Shown here piece by piece: positions 63,420 through 64,000 of a stretch of 64,000 bases of DNA. This DNA comes from Myxococcaceae bacterium (GTDB lineage Bacteria; Myxococcota; Myxococcia; Myxococcales; UBA5297): contig JAFVYB010000081.1 of assembly GCA_017500825.1 (NCBI GenBank), positions 9,448 through 73,447 of the forward strand. The letters run 5' to 3'. Numbering within the stretch: position 1 is the stretch's first letter; every line of letters begins with the position of its first letter. Under the pieces are notes generated by a model. It did not search any database, had not been told where the DNA came from, and saw nothing but the letters and a program-made list of their open reading frames with translations. A program made the translations under genes and the position numbers.

Positions 63420-64000
63420 GTGGAGAGTTCGACCGTCAGCGCGGCGGATCATCTGGAATCGCCGAACATCCTCATCGTGGACGACGACATGGCCGTCCGC
63501 GAGGTCCTGTCCGTTTTGCTGTCCGAGGAAGGCTACGCCTGCACCTGTGCTCCGGACGCGCGCACGGCGCTGGCGCTCATGCCGCAGGGCTTCCAGCTGG
63601 TGGTCAGCGATCTGAAGATGCCCGACTACGACGGCCTGTGGCTTCTCGACCGCATCCGCGAGTCGGACCAGGACATCGCCGTCATCATGCTGACCGGCTA
63701 CGGCGACACAGAGTCGGCGGTGGACTGCCTGCGGCGCGGCGCCAACGACTATCTGCTCAAGCCGCCCAAGATCACCGAGCTCGTGCGGGCCATCGAGCGC
63801 GCGCTCTCCAAGCGGCGGGTGGCACTGGCGCAGCGGCGCTACCAGCAGCGGCTGGAGAAGAACATCCAGGACAAGACGCAGGAGCTGAAGACGGCGCTCA
63901 GCGATGTCGAGGCAGCCTATCGCTCCACACTCCTCGCCCTGGTGGCGGCGCTCGACGCGCGCGAGCACGAGACGAGCAACCACTCCCAGCGGGTGGTCCG
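63420..64000 (+). CDS. Response regulator with an HD-GYP domain (RpfG-like), runs off the window edge
   Basis: Manual translation: NILIVDDD...VSDLKMPDYDG...MLTGYG...YLLKP...LVAALDAREHETSNHSQRV; GGAGG RBS before GTG. Confidence 0.88.
   Translation, partial: MESSTVSAADHLESPNILIVDDDMAVREVLSVLLSEEGYACTCAPDARTALALMPQGFQLVVSDLKMPDYDGLWLLDRIRESDQDIAVIMLTGYGDTESAVDCLRRGANDYLLKPPKITELVRAIERALSKRRVALAQRRYQQRLEKNIQDKTQELKTALSDVEAAYRSTLLALVAALDAREHETSNHSQRVV

Overview
A GC-rich chromosomal segment, mostly core genes, from a bacterium that looks like Myxococcota. The assignment rests on an FrzS orthologue, a TIGR02266-type PilZ protein, DUF4388 and DUF1844 proteins, and many TPR proteins and lipoproteins. 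Housekeeping genes include birA (partial), cysE, queE, lpxC, recN, nadK, yhbY, pncC/cinA, miaB, glyA, rsfS, tRNA-Ala(CGC) and tRNA-Val(CAC). There are also envelope and polysaccharide genes (two O-antigen ligase-like proteins, GT4, GT2, a degenerate alpha-2-macroglobulin, a beta-barrel OMP, a Cys-rich LTD lipoprotein) and signalling genes (FIST-kinase-receiver operon, FrzS, REC-HD-GYP). I found no CRISPR array, integrase, transposase or prophage. The most notable items are: (1) an orphan [FeFe]-hydrogenase maturase HydG next to glyA; (2) a structured, potentially switchable RNA leader or sRNA with a terminator upstream of queE; (3) an AT-rich noncoding island with a 171-bp hairpin-forming tandem duplication and a 17-bp inverted repeat; (4) a consensus sigma54 promoter on lpxC; (5) FrzS with an inserted 63-bp tandem repeat; (6) an hsdM remnant with a (CT)9 tract. 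All family calls come from recognising motifs by eye, not from database searches.
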